From Octopus sinensis (taxonomy: Eukaryota), in contig NC_043017.1 of NCBI RefSeq assembly GCF_006345805.1, positions 20,956,001 through 21,020,000 of the forward strand: a stretch of 64,000 nucleotides of DNA, given 5' to 3'. Both the position numbers and the translations under genes were made by a program. A model generated the notes under the pieces. The model was not told the DNA's origin. It did not search any database and worked only from the letters and a program-made list of their open reading frames with translations. Positions 13,164 to 27,362 of this stretch are shown piece after piece (positions within the stretch are counted from its first letter, which is position 1; every line of letters begins with the position of its first letter).

Positions 13164-13760
13164 ATTATTATTATAAAAGACATCATTATTGTTATCATAG
13201 TTGGTGTTGTTGTTGGTGTTGTATTAATTATCATATCATAATTTACACTTGTGGTGAAGATATCATTTTTTGCTGTTGTTGTTTACAATTTTGTTTATTT
13301 TTATTTGTTTCTCTTGCTTTTCCTTTTTTTCATCCACGACTGGAATATGTTCTAAGAAATGCTAATTCTGAAATTTCAAATTTCGTCCTCATCTCCACTA
13401 CCTCCTCCACCATCATCATGGCCACCAGCACCACAGCCACCGCAACCACCACCACCATCATCATGGCCACCAGCACCACAGCCACCGCAACCACCACCAC
13501 CACCACTGCATCACCATTCTAACTACTATCTGCGGTACCACAATCAGGTTACAGCATCACCACCAACATCAGTATTACCATTATCATCACCATCATCACC
13601 TGTTGCACCACCACCACTACCACCACCACCACTACCACCACCACTACCACCACCACCACCACCACCATTACCACTATCACCACCAACCCCACCATCACCA
13701 ACATTGTTGTCATCATCTTCAACAAAATCATCATCATCATCAACATCATCATCACCTATT
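12970..13760. repeat. (ATT)n and (ACC/ATC)n trinucleotide tracts, including a 45-bp direct duplication at ~13406-13495
   Basis: Directly visible; poly-I/P/H ORFs are artefacts. Confidence 0.9.
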
Positions 13761-14298
13761 TATTTATATATTTATTTATTTATCTATTTGTAATTTTTTT
13801 TTTGTTTTCAGGTATTTTTTTTTTGCCATCATGATGCATCTGGATCATCTTTCTTATATTTGCTTTCCTTTTTCTTTTTACATTTTTCTTTTTTTTTTTT
13901 TTTTGGCAGTGCTTTCATAGAATCACTGATTAAACTCTTAGATAAAAATACAAAATATAGACCTGTACTGTACATGCATGTACATGTGTATGTATGTGCG
14001 TATATATGTATGTGTGTGTATATATATATATATATATTTTTATATATATATGTATACACAAACACACATACTCACACACATACATATAAATATAAATGGC
14101 AGTGCCCCAGCATGGCCACAGTTCGTGAGCTGAAACTAGATAAAATAAAATAAATACACAAAAAAGAGCAATATTAAGAAAATAGTCCATCCACTTCATT
14201 AAACTAAGATCTTTACGTGATTGATTCAAATTTCATACTAAAGCAAAATCTGTCCAGTTATTATTATCATTATTATTATTATTATCATCATTATTATT

Positions 14299-14361
<63 letters not shown>

Positions 14362-15183
14362 TGCTTATTTGTTTATTCTAGGAAAAGATTTGGTGCAAGA
14401 CTGTGGGCATGTGTGCCTGTGTTTATATGCAAGCACGCGTTTCTGTGGGTCTGTCTTTGTGAGTGTGTGTGCGTTTGTGTGCGTGCATGTGCGTGTGAAT
14501 GTATCTGTTTGTTTGTTAGTGTGTGTGTGTGTGTGTGTGTCTGTGTATGTGTGTTTGTATGTGTGTATATGTGTGTGTGTGTTAGTGCATGTGTCTGTAT
14601 GTGTGTGAGTGCACATGTGTGTGTGTCTCTGTGCACGTGTGTGTGCATGTGTGTGTGTGTGTGATGTGTGTGTGTGGAAGGCAAACAAAACCAAGTGTTT
14701 ATTTTTTTATGGTTAATATGGAAATGAAACTGTATAATATGTAAATCTGAGATTCTCAAAGATCTGAAGAGAGAGAAAAAGACAAAATTAGGTTTTGCAG
14801 CACTTTATAGACTCCAAAAGTCCAAAAATGGTAAAACATCAGATAAACACCAAAGAAAATGGAAATTTTGGTTCTGGAATAACTATTTCAAACCAATGCA
14901 ACTTTCAAGAGCTTGCATGTTAAGTGCTGGTTTGTGTGTGTGTATGTGTGTGTGTGTTCTGTATATGGTGTGTTACAGGAATGATAAGAACAAGTAACAT
15001 TGTGTGTATGTGTGTGTGAATGTATGTGCACGTGTGTATGCATGTGAGTGTATATATGTATGTGTGTGTGTGTTTGTGCATGTGTGTGTGTTTGTATGTG
15101 GGGACGTTTTGGTAAGAATTTCGGTAAAATAGTCCTAAATTTGAGAATGCAAATGTAACTCGGTATGTGTGTGTGAGTGTGAG

Positions 15184-15228
<45 letters not shown>

Positions 15229-15436
15229 CTGTGTATAATGTATATAATGTGTGTGTGTGTGAGAATTGACAATAATGTCTATAAGACAGTCAGTGGTGAA
15301 TGCATGTGTGTATGCACGTGTGTGTATATGTATGTATGAATGCGTTATTGTGTGTATGTATGGATGGGTGAGAATATTTTTCAACAAATTATGTAAGATA
15401 ATGTTGAAACTGCAATGGGGAAATGAACACACACAC

Positions 15437-15471
<35 letters not shown>

Positions 15472-15639
15472 CATATATATATTAAAAGAAATGAGGTATT
15501 CAGAAATTCGGATGGTTTTATATTTACAGATATTTATTTGTATATTACATGTTTTTATACATCACACATAGATAAACATAGAGTACAAGAAAGAGAGTGG
15601 GAGGGAAAACCAGAGTTTAAGATAGAATCACAAAATACC

Positions 15640-15970
15640 GTAAATGTATTGGGGAGTTTCAAATTATTTTCACAATTTCTGAGATTTCAAGAATATTAAC
15701 ATAATTCTAGCAGTTTGGTAACATTATCAAGAATTTCTGAGATTTTGGAGATATTACCACAATTCTGTGACTTTGGTAACATTGTCAAAATATTTAAGAA
15801 CAATATCAGTGTATCACAATTCCATAATTTTGGTAAAATTAACCTAATTCTGAGCATTTGGTAATGTCAGAATTTTTGAGATTTCAAGAACATAATAACT
15901 ATGTGAATCTGGGAACATTATCATAATTTTGAGAGTTGGCAAGCATTATAGAAACGTCTGTGATTTTGAG
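15640..15970 (+). repeat. Degenerate ~25-30 bp minisatellite
   Basis: Recurring AATT(C/T)TGAGATTT...GGTAACATTAT; continues at 17880-18135. Confidence 0.6.
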
Positions 15971-16445
15971 ACACAGCCCAAGGAATCCCAGCCGACTGTG
16001 AGTTACTGGAGCCTTTCACTCCTCGAACACCAGTGGCACGGCAAAAGTGAGAACGTGACACATTGCTGTTCTGAGTGGTGCCTCAAAGCAACGTTCCTGG
16101 GTCGGGACCATGCGTTTCAGAAGGTTGTCTTAATTCTAAGAATTTGGTTGCATTATGATAATCCTGAAGAGGTGATGAAATGGCAGAACCATTACCATGC
16201 TGGTCAAAATGTTTAATTGTAGTTCTTCCAGCTTTATGTTCCAAATCCAAAATGCTGCTGAAGGTGACTTGGGCATTCTTCATTTCATGGCTGATAAAAT
16301 AAATACCGATTGAGCATTGGGATTGATGTAATAAAATATCCACTTCACTTAAAATTTCTGGCTTTGTGGCAGAGTAAGAATTATCATTATTATTATTATT
16401 ATTATCATTGATGATATTATTATTATCATTATTATTATTATTATT

Positions 16446-16777
16446 GAGTGAGAGAGCAGTTCATGCCATCAAAGTGACACTGGGGTAAAATATACGAAGC
16501 CCAATATACCCATCATGACTACCCGTCTGATAAAGGTACACCAGGCACATGCATCACAACCATATGTGCGCGACATGGTGATCTCATATCAAGATAAACA
16601 GCACATGACCTTGCAGGTGGGGCCCAGTTAGAATTTTCTTCAGGTTGAGTAGCCCATCCCGCTCAAACGGTCCCTGAATAAGGGTTGTTTAAGGATGTTG
16701 AAAGAACCACCCATGTTTCCAGAGGTGAACTATTCAAACCCCAAAGAATCCCTCTCAACACATGGCTATGATGCTCC
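16446..16777 (-). mobile_element. Interspersed repeat D (truncated copy) embedded in (AAT)n
   Basis: Near-identical to 63257-63596; same terminus GAGTGAGAGAGCAGT-CATGCCATCAAAG next to (ATT)n. Confidence 0.8.
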
Positions 16778-16786
16778 TACTACTAC

Positions 16787-16824
<38 letters not shown>

Positions 16825-16832
16825 TATTATTA

Positions 16833-16864
<32 letters not shown>

Positions 16865-16866
<2 letters not shown>

Positions 16867-17880
16867 GGCAGTGAGCTGGCAGAGTTGTTAGCACACTGGA
16901 TGAAATGCTTAGCAGTATTTCACCTGCCACTATGTTCTGCGTTCAAATTCCACTGAGGTCGACTTTGCCTTTCATCCTTTCGGGGTCGATAAATTAAGTA
17001 CCAGTTGCGTAGTAAGATTGATCTAATTGACTGGCCCCCTCCTCCCAAATTTCAGACCTTGTGCCTCCAGCAGAAAGGATTATTATCATTATTATTATTA
17101 TTATTATTATTATTAATATTAATATTGTTATCCTACCAAGATTGATTTTGCCTTTCACTCTTCCGGGGTCAATACATTAAGTACCAGTGCAACACTGGGG
17201 TTGATATAATCGACCTGGCTGGCCTTGTGGCAAAATTTGAAACCATCATCATCATCATTATAATTACTGATAAGGCAGTGAACTGGCAAAATCAGTGGTA
17301 TGCTGGACAAAAAGCCTAGTGGCATTTCTTTTGAGTTGACATTCTGAGTTCAAATCCCAGTGAGGTCAACTTTGCCTTTCATCTCTTCAGAGGTCGATAA
17401 AATAAATACCAGTTGAGCACTGCTGGGATGATGTAACTGACAAGCTCACTCCCCACAAAATCCCAAGCCTTGTCCCTATAATGGAAAGGATTATCACAGC
17501 AACCATCTATCTTCATGCTCTGAGTTCAAATTCTGCCGAAGTCGACTTCGCCTTTCATCTTTTCAGGGTCGATGGATTAAATACCAGTTGAACACTAGGG
17601 TTGATTTAATCGAGTTATCCTCCTCCCTCGAAATTGCTGGGCTTGTGCCAAAATGTGAAACCATTATTAAGGTGGCGTGCTGGCAGAATTGTTAGAGTAA
17701 CAGACAAAATGCTCAGTGGCACATCTAGTTATTCATTCCAGGTTCAACGGCCCCTGAAGTCCTCCTTGCTTTTCATTCTTTAGGGGTCAATAAAAAAAAT
17801 ACAAGTTGAGTACTGGGTCGATGCAATCAAGTTACCCCTTCCCTCAAAGCTGTTGACCTTGTGCCGAAATTGGAAATAAT
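16865..17880 (+). mobile_element. Cluster of ~5 head-to-tail SINE family B copies separated by (ATT/ATC)n
   Basis: Core GACTTTGCCTTTCATC..GGGGTCGATAAA recurs at ~16961, 17145, 17368, 17545, 17765. Confidence 0.8.
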
Positions 17881-18233
17881 TATGCTAATTCTGGGAGTCT
17901 GGTTACACAAACATAATTCTTAGCTTGGTAATGGTTAATTGAATTAATTTCAAAGATTTCATGAATATTATTGCAATTATGTGAGTTAGAGAATATTATG
18001 GTAATTTTTTGAATTTTTGGTAATATTATTGTAATTCTTGGGAATTCAGTTGCATTATTCATAATTCTGAGATTTTCAGAACAATATCGCAGACTGAGAA
18101 ATTTGAGAAGGTCATGATAATTCTGGGAGTTTGATCTTTCGGTTTACTGTAATATACCCAACCACCAGACTCTTAAATGAATTTTGTAGCAAAGAGGGAA
18201 ATGATGATGAGAAGCTGAGGGAAGAAGAGGTTA

Positions 18234-18461
18234 GCACCATCCGATCATGGCCGTTTGCCAGCCCCGTCTGGCACCTGTGCCGGTGGCACGTAAAAAGCAC
18301 CTACTACACTCACAGAGTGGTTGGCGTTAGGAAGGGCATCCAGCCGTAGAAACATTGCCAGATCAGACTGGGCCTGGTGCAGCCTTCTGGCTTCCCAGAC
18401 CTCAGTTGAACCGTCCAACCCATGCTAGCATAGAAAGCGGACGTTAAACGATGATGATGAT
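18234..18461 (+). mobile_element. Retroposon family C 3' part with (GAT)n tail
   Basis: GGAGTGGTTGGCGTTAGGAAGGGCATCCAGCCGTAGAAAC...GCGGACGTTAAACGATGATGAT; same as 40189-40508 and 49107-49420. Confidence 0.85.
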
Positions 18462-18637
18462 TAGTGCGACCTATGAATATTTCATGGAATAAATGGTAAA
18501 CCTATTGGGTTGTTTCTGAAATCTTTATTCGAAAACCCTGAAAGAGTAGCCTGTGTTGTGTCTGTATGGAAAGATAGTCACTCATCTGGTCCTCAGTGAA
18601 AAGTGAAAGAAACTGGAATACGATGGTTACTTAATGC

Positions 18638-18681
<44 letters not shown>

Positions 18682-19173
18682 CACTTTATATACTCTTTGT
18701 ATAATTTTATAGACTTAATACACACCACTTGTAAGATAGTATTCACTCGTATTTTTCCATTTTTCCCATAAGCAAAACAAAAAATATCGCATACATATGA
18801 TACAACCTTTAGTTAAATTGCATATATCTGCCACTGAAACAAGTGTGAATATTTCACAGAATTGCACTTATGTGCATGTGTTGTTGAACTTTGTAATTGA
18901 ACCCAGTTATCCCTGGTAGCTTTACCCTTTCCAGAGTTCACATCCCCTAATCCATATTCCCTTGGAGCAACTTCAGCAAAATTGCTATAACCCCACCTTG
19001 ATAGCCTTCTACCTACTCAAAGGGACCCCGTGATGTAGTCTATGCAAAGTGACTGGCCTATATGACTAAATATTGTTGTAAACACCAGTATCAGATAGAT
19101 GATCTCTTACTAAATGCTAACACATGTATGTATGTGTGCATGTATATATATATGTATATATATATATATATAT

Positions 19174-19550
19174 ACTCTTTTACTCTTTTACTTGTTTCAG
19201 TCATTTGACTGTGGCCATGCTGGAGCACCGCCTTTAGTCGAGCAATTGACCCCAGGACTTATTCTTTGTAAGCCTATTACTTATTCTATCGGTCTCTTTT
19301 GCCGAACCGCTAAGTTACGGGAGACATAAACACACCAGCATCAGTTGTCAAGCGATGCTGGGGGGGGGGGGACAAACAGAGACACACAAACGTATATACA
19401 CACACACATACATATATATATATATATGTATGATGGGCTTTGGTCAGCCTGAGGCTATAATAGAAGACACTTGCCCAAGGTGCCACGCAGTGGGACTGAA
19501 CCTGGAACCATGTAATTTGTTAGCAAGCTACTTACCACACAGCCACTCCT
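19174..19550 (-). mobile_element. SINE family A, full length
   Basis: From CTCTTTTACTCTTTTACTTGTTTCAGTC to CTTACCACACAGCCACTCCT. Confidence 0.9.
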
Positions 19551-19635
19551 ATATATATATATATATATTATTATATATATATTATATACATACACATTAT
19601 ACAGTTTATTAAAAAGCAGCAAAAATATCACAAAA

Positions 19636-19673
19636 GCTGTTACTCAGAGTTTCACGTTCCTACTCATCGGACA
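19636..19673 (-). ncRNA. Minimal type I hammerhead-like motif (U4C variant core) inside a (TA)n-flanked fold-back at 19605-19714
   Basis: Minus: CTGT-CCGATGA-GTAGGAACGT-GAAA-CTCTGAG-TA-ACAG; stem I CTGT/ACAG, near-palindromic stem III, weak stem II. Confidence 0.5.
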
Positions 19674-19807
19674 GTTTTGTGATATTTGTGATATATTTGC
19701 TGCTTTTGAATAAAGCACATTACTCTACTTCTGGTATTTGAGTACTATTTTTTCCACCCTGTTTTGTATTTATATGATTACTCTGGTATATACATACATA
19801 TTATATA

Positions 19808-19847
<40 letters not shown>

Positions 19848-20290
19848 CCATATGTGTATATGAATATATGTTCATCTCAGGATATGTTATTATTATTTTA
19901 ATATATTTTACATTATTAGCAATTGTTAAAGCTGGGACTATCTGAGAGAATATGTCTTTTTAGTAGCTTTGTGAGTAAATTTATTTCTTGACATATTCTG
20001 TCAATATATTATGAATATATTTCGATTGGAACTAATAATTATTACCATAACAGTCACTGACATCTCAAAGGCATTGCTTTATACTACGTAGCCATTTGTG
20101 CTTGTGTGTGTGTGCATGTGTGTGTGTGTGTGTTGTGTGTGTGTGTGTTTGAATGTATTTCCCTTTATATTTGCTGTCAGCATTTTAATATATTTTACCC
20201 TGATAACTGTTATTAAAGTCACCAATATCTGAAAGTTATTGTGTTCATATGTGGCACGCATGTGTGTCTCAATATAAATGCACTTCTTCA

Positions 20291-20339
<49 letters not shown>

Positions 20340-20407
20340 TATATATACACATACATATATATATATATACATACATACATATATAAATATATATACATAC
20401 ATATATA

Positions 20408-20439
<32 letters not shown>

Positions 20440-20545
20440 GCATTTATATATATATATACATACACATACATATATATATGTGTATGTATTTGTAAATATA
20501 TATACATACACATATACTAATATATATATATGTATGCATTTATAT

Positions 20546-20578
<33 letters not shown>

Positions 20579-20677
20579 TAGACATACACATACATATATA
20601 TATGTGTATGTATTTGTAAATATATATACATACACATATACATATATATATATATGTATGCATTTATATATACATAC

Positions 20678-20734
<57 letters not shown>

Positions 20735-21882
20735 AACATATATATGTGCGTGTGTGTCTTTATATGTTTGTGTGTGTATGTATGTATATATATATATTCA
20801 CACATATATACACACACACATGCACACACAAGTATATATATGGTCGATATTTGACTATACACTAAAAAAATATTATCATTATTATTATTATTGTTATGCC
20901 CATCACTATCAAGCTGAAAGACATTATCTTGATATAAATATACATGTGTAATAATACATCTATGTGTGTGTATGTATATATATGTATGTATGCATGTATT
21001 TATGTAAGTGTGCAGTGTGAATATGTATTACTAACCATTCTTATGCCTTGCATCATTTGAAAGAATCTATTATGTTTTGTAATTACATGTGGCAATATAT
21101 TTCTGCTGCATTGTGTTTAACATGTAGCTGCTTTAGATCCTGTTTTTTTTTTTGATAACAAACAGCTTACTCAATATAGAAAAAAATTGGGGAAACAAAA
21201 AAAAAATGTGTTTGAACTTTCTAGTTGCAGAGACTTCTGGGATACAAATGCTGAAACTAAAACAATCAATCAAGCAAACAAACTGTTAGAAAACAGAGGC
21301 ACCTCAGCTTATTGAGCGTTGGTCGTGTTGGATGGAGTTAATGAAGGCGTTAGTCTTACACTATTTATGTGATGGTGAGAACACTGTCGTATGACAACTA
21401 ACAGCATTTCTGTTACTCACATGCATAGATCAATAGATATGCAACCAGAGACATCCAGAACCTTCTGTAGAAAAATAGAAATCCACATCAGGAAAAGGAA
21501 CTTCTTACATGATAGCTTAACGAATTAGAAACAGCAGCTAATACTTCCTCAGGTCAAAGCCTACAGTCTTTAATAAAAAAAACCCAGAAAAGGTCACGTT
21601 GCATAATGTAGACCTGGAAACATTGTGTCTAAAAGGAAAAGATGGGATGGTCATGGGGAGACGGCTTTTGATCATAAACCTGTTCAATCAGGTATGATGT
21701 GAGGCAATGTGACAAACAACATCTGTGTGGTGAGAACAGGTAAGATGTGGAAACTGGGAGAAGAAGCATCAGTGAGACATCTAAAATAATTATCTTCTAT
21801 TGAACGTATCAGTCTTTTATTGTCTGTCCTTCACTGGTTCCAGTCATTGGACTGTGGCCATTCTGGGGCACTGTCTTACTCT

Positions 21883-22296
21883 CTCTTTTACTCTTTTACA
21901 TGTTTCAGTCATTTGACTGTGGCCATGCTGGGGCACTGCTTTTAGTCGAGCAAATCGACCCCGGGACTTATTCTTTGTGAGCCCAGTACTTATTCTATCG
22001 GTCTCTTTTTGCCGAACCGCTAAGTTACGGGGATGTAAACACACCAGCATCGGTTGTCAAGCAATGCTAGGGGGACAAACACAGATACACAAACACATAC
22101 ACATACATACATATACATATATATACATATATACGACAGGCTTCTTTCAGTTTCCGTCTACCAAATCAACTCACAAGGCATTGGTTGGCCTGGGGCTATA
22201 GCAGAAGACACTTGCCCAAGATGCTATGCAGTGGAACTGAACCCAGAACCATGTGGTTGGTTAGCAAGCTACTTACCACACAGCCACTCCTGCGCC
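21883..22296 (-). mobile_element. SINE family A, full length
   Basis: Complete reverse copy ending CAGCCACTCCTGCGCC. Confidence 0.9.
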
Positions 22297-22639
22297 TTTA
22301 GTGGACAAATTAATTGCTGTGTCTTTTTTTTTTTTTAATCTGATACATATTATATTGGTTTTCCTTTTTACTGAACTGAAGATACAGGGGTGTAAACAAA
22401 CCAATGCCAGTTTTCATGCAGTGAGGGGGACAAAGACAAATACACACACACAATAGGAATGGTTTAGGCCACTGAACCCCAACTCCCTTGGTTGCTAAGC
22501 GAGCTTCTTAATTGCACAGCCATGTACAAAAATGTAAAATGATGAGGGGGCAAGAAAGGTTGAAATTCCTTTCATCAGAGAAATAACATCAAACATTATC
22601 TCTGAGTTGACACACGGACAGATTTATGCAATTTTTCTG

Positions 22640-22697
22640 CTACAGTTGTCCAATAATATATATATATACATATATATACATATATATATTATATTAC

Positions 22698-22728
<31 letters not shown>

Positions 22729-22729
22729 C

Positions 22730-22770
<41 letters not shown>

Positions 22771-23255
22771 TATACACATAAATATATATATATGCATATA
22801 CATATATACACACACATATATACTATATATATATACATATATACATACATATATATATATACATATATACATACATATATATATATATATACATATATAT
22901 ATACATACATATATATATATATATACATATATATATAATACTATATATATACATACATTATATATACATTATACATATATTACATATACATATATATATA
23001 CATATATACAATCTATATACACATACATATAATATATATACATATATATACACATACAATATATACATATATATCACATACATATATATATACATATATA
23101 TATATACATACATATATATATACATTATATATACACATACATATATATAATATACATATATACATACATATATATATATAATACATACTATATATATCAT
23201 ATATAACATACATACATATATATAAATATAATATATATACATATATATTACATAC

Positions 23256-23286
<31 letters not shown>

Positions 23287-23940
23287 CATACATATATATA
23301 TACATATATATATATACATACATATATATAACATAATATATATAATATATACATACAACATATATACATATATATAATATATATATATATATATACATAC
23401 ATATATATATATACAATATATATACATACATATATATATACATATATACATACATATATATATATATACATATATATAACATACATATATATATATACAT
23501 ATATATATACATACATATATATATACAATATATATATACATACATATATATATACATAATACATAATATACCATACACATATATATATATATACATATAT
23601 ATACACATACATATATATATTATACATATATTACACATACATATATATATACATATATATACACATACATATATATATACATATATATATATATCATACA
23701 TATATATATATACATACATATATATATACATATATACATACATACATATATATAAATATATATATATACATATATATATACATACATAATATATATATAC
23801 ATATATATATATATTACAGACATATATATATATACATATAGATACATACATATATATATATACATATATACTACATACATATTATATAAATAATAAACAT
23901 ATATTATATATTATATAATATATATATATATATATATATA
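22640..23940. repeat. ~1.3 kb (TA)n/(TACA)n compound microsatellite
   Basis: Directly visible; the 297-aa and 204-aa ORFs here are artefacts. Confidence 0.95.
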
Positions 23941-24924
23941 ATTCAATAGCCGGCAAACGAATATCATTTTATTTGATCAATAGCAATGAAATTATTGATC
24001 CACATTGAAAAATGAGCTAAAAGAAAAAAAGAAAAAGAATGAATAATAAATAAGCGAATAAAACCATCAGACGTAGTTTTAGTCAATATTTTGTCAATAA
24101 AATCTTGTAGCTTAACAGAATATCACTGAAAAACAACAACAACAATAATGAAAAAAAAAAATAGAAAACCATTTTTCGTGTAATAAAAACATAAAAAGAA
24201 AATAAAAGATATATTTAAAAAAAAAAAAAAACCTTTTAATGAAAATAACGAATCTAGTTAAATATTCTGCACTGGGAGGCAAATAGTTCACATTTACTAA
24301 GATTTAAAGAAAAATTATTTGAAATTTTTTTATTTATTTCTCAATATATTTTATCAACTATTAATCTGTTAATTTATCTACTTATTTTTATATTTCTTTC
24401 TTTCTTTTTTTTAAAATTTATTTACCTATTTATTTTTCAGTTTTTTTTTTATCTACTTATTTATTAACTATTTATTTATTAACTATTTATTTATTAAGCA
24501 GCTTATTTATTTATTTATCGAACTTTTTAACTTCATTCCCAAACACTGCGGAAAATTTTGAGCAAGAATAATAGTCAATACAGTTTACGCTTCAGAGAAG
24601 AAAAAAAATAAATAAATAAAAGCCCAAAAGTATTGTGGACAGTGGGACTAACTGAATTGATTAATATAATTAATGTGATTAACCTAATTAAGACTGCAAA
24701 TATTCCACGTTAGAGTTGTTACAAAATTCCAGACTAGCTCCAGGTGAAGAACTAGTATCTCTAATTGTGTTTTGTGAGGGTCATTACGCCAATAATAATA
24801 CATGCACTGGTTCAACATCACTTCTTTATTATTAATCAACTGGTTAAATATCGATACCAACTAATGGATCATTTGTTTGATGTGTATATGTATATATATA
24901 TATATGTGTGTGTGTGTATGTTTG

Positions 24925-25124
24925 TGTGTCTGTGTTTGTCACCCCAACATCCCTTGATGTTGGTGTGTTTACGTCCCCGTAACTTAGCGGTTCGACAAAA
25001 GAGACTGATAGAATAAGTGCTAAGCTTACAAAGAATAAGTCCTGGGGTCGATTTGCTAGACCAAAGGCGGTGCTCCAGCACGGCCACAGTCAAATGACTG
25101 AAACAAGTAAAAGAGTAAAGAGAG
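24925..25124 (+). mobile_element. SINE family A 3' half
   Basis: GTCCCCGTAACTTAGCGGTTCG...GACTGAAACAAGTAAAAGAGTAAAGAG. Confidence 0.85.
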
Positions 25125-25591
25125 TCTGGTAGAATTCTATATAAATATAGATAAGAATGATTTGGAGAGAGTAGCAGCTTTAGATTTCAATTTAATTTGA
25201 AGGTGAAGAGTAAAGGAAAGAAAGAAGAAAAAGTGTCTGAAAGAAAATTGGTTGAAAAATAGTATGGGAATAATAATCTAAGATTATGAGATGAGAAGCA
25301 TCATAGTCATCCTCATCATCATCGTTAATTATATACTAATTATGTTCAGGTATGACAGATCATTATGATGTAGTCATGTAAAGCGAGTGAGAGACGGAGT
25401 GTGTTAGTGAGTGTATATGTGTGTGTGTGTGTATATAATACACACACATTCATGCATATATATGAACATACATTCAAGTGTGTGGGCATTGTGTTTGCAT
25501 CGCATACACACATACACACACATGCTCACACACATTATTTATATACTAAGAATGTATATGTGTATGAATGGGTTTCAATATACTCATGTAA

Positions 25592-25622
<31 letters not shown>

Positions 25623-25720
25623 TTTGGCAAAATTTAGATTCAGATGAATATGGTACTTAAGTTAAAGGCACCAGAATTTTGTATGGTATTATCCATATAA
25701 ATCAAATGGGGTGATTATAA

Positions 25721-26111
25721 TCAAAATAAGCAACAAGGATATCCAAGGTTGTGTAGTACAATCGTTTCATGCTACTCCATTTTATTAAACACTGTAAGTA
25801 TTACGTCAGTTTTAAAATGTCAAGCAATCTTCAGCCACATATAGAATTTTTTAATTATACAGACAATGCACATTTTTATACTTATTTCATTTGCCAACAT
25901 TACAAAGAGGGTATATATATATAGACAGAGATTCATTTCATCATGAAGAACATGGTGGTAGTATGTTCTTCCCCATCTGTAGATTTTTTATCACTGAGTT
26001 CACTTTGTTATTTAGATCTATCAGTGGGGAATACTTACAGTGTTTAATAAAATGAAGTAGCATGAAATGATTGTACTACACTACCTTGGATATCCTTGTT
26101 GCTTATTTTGA
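25721..26111. mobile_element. Fold-back element with ~82-bp inverted arms in a TA context
   Basis: TCAAAATAAGCAACAAGGATATCCAAGG...CACTGTAAGTATT (25721-25802) mirrored at ~26030-26111. Confidence 0.75.
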
Positions 26112-26114
26112 GTA

Positions 26115-26145
<31 letters not shown>

Positions 26146-27362
26146 TTGTTTTTTGGGTTTTTTTTTGCTTATTTCAGCTCAGAGCTGCAGCCATGCTGAT
26201 GCACCGCCGTTTTGTGCTACACTATTATTACGAAGAACCTCCTCTAATATGTGGGACTTATATATATATATGTGTGTGTGTGTGTGTATTTTAATAATGA
26301 TAATGATATTTCATAAGCTTAAAGCTTATAAAGGATCACTGTGCATTGACTGAGGTAAGAAGTCTAATACTGGGGTATATAAGCCCTTGACAGAAAAAAA
26401 TAGGGTTTCCCATATGCATGAAACTTGAACCCACATACACACACACACATAGATATATGCATATATAAATACTAGTGTGTCTGTGTGTATATGTGTGTCT
26501 GTGTATATGTGTGTGTGTGGATATACACACGTGTGTGTATATATATGGAGCAATCTTCTATTTTTTTTATTGAAATCTCCCCTACCAAACCTTCAAGTAT
26601 TCTATTACACAGATGCATTCTTTCTCCCACTCTGTCCCTCCCTCCACCTCTCTCTCTCTCTTCCTCTACCCCTTTTCTACTACTCTCCCACCCCCTTTTT
26701 TTATCCTCTCTGCCTACTTCTCGTTCTGTTCTGAATAATAATAAGTGAACTGTCACAGGGAAAATAAAATATGCCCTGTAACGACAACAGCAGCATCAAC
26801 ATCGAATGAACAAATATTAAATAATAATATTTTGGTCAGAATGGTATACATGAGGGAGTTGTTGAGATGGGAAGAAGTAGAGAGAGAGGGGGAGAGAGGG
26901 AGAGAGAGAGAGAATGTTTGGTAGCGTTGCCTTCAAGTCGGAGCCAGTGGGGAAGCCAACAGGTTCAATATTTGATATTGGGTTTCACGAATTACCCTAA
27001 ATAACATTAAACAAACAGGGTTTAAGGTTTAACATTTGAGGACCCCCTAACACTGCTGCCAAACCCCGGGAGAGACACTTGTTAAGATATTTACAATTAC
27101 TCTTACTAAAAGATATCCGTTAAGATAAATATTTCATTCTATGAATTGGGTCTAAACAACAAATTATTCCAATGTTTTCTTAGGATTCAAATTTTGCTGA
27201 CCCGTTTTGGGTTTCTTTTTTATGTCAGCAAAATTTCATATAAATATAAGGAATTTATCCAATTTTTGTGGGTTTTACTGTAATTTTTAAATATATTTTT
27301 TTGGTTTTCTTTTTTCATGTTCATGTTGCCAGTCAAAGAATGCATTAGTAGAATTGTTAAAC

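Noticed and set aside
13359-13793. Pro-rich 144-aa ORF (extensin/formin-like)
   Set aside because: (CCA)n/(TCA)n low-complexity tract
22958-23851. 297-aa ORF and the many other Y/I/M/C/V/H/T-rich ORFs
   Set aside because: Translations of (TA)n, (CA)n and (TACA)n microsatellites, which lack stops in some frames
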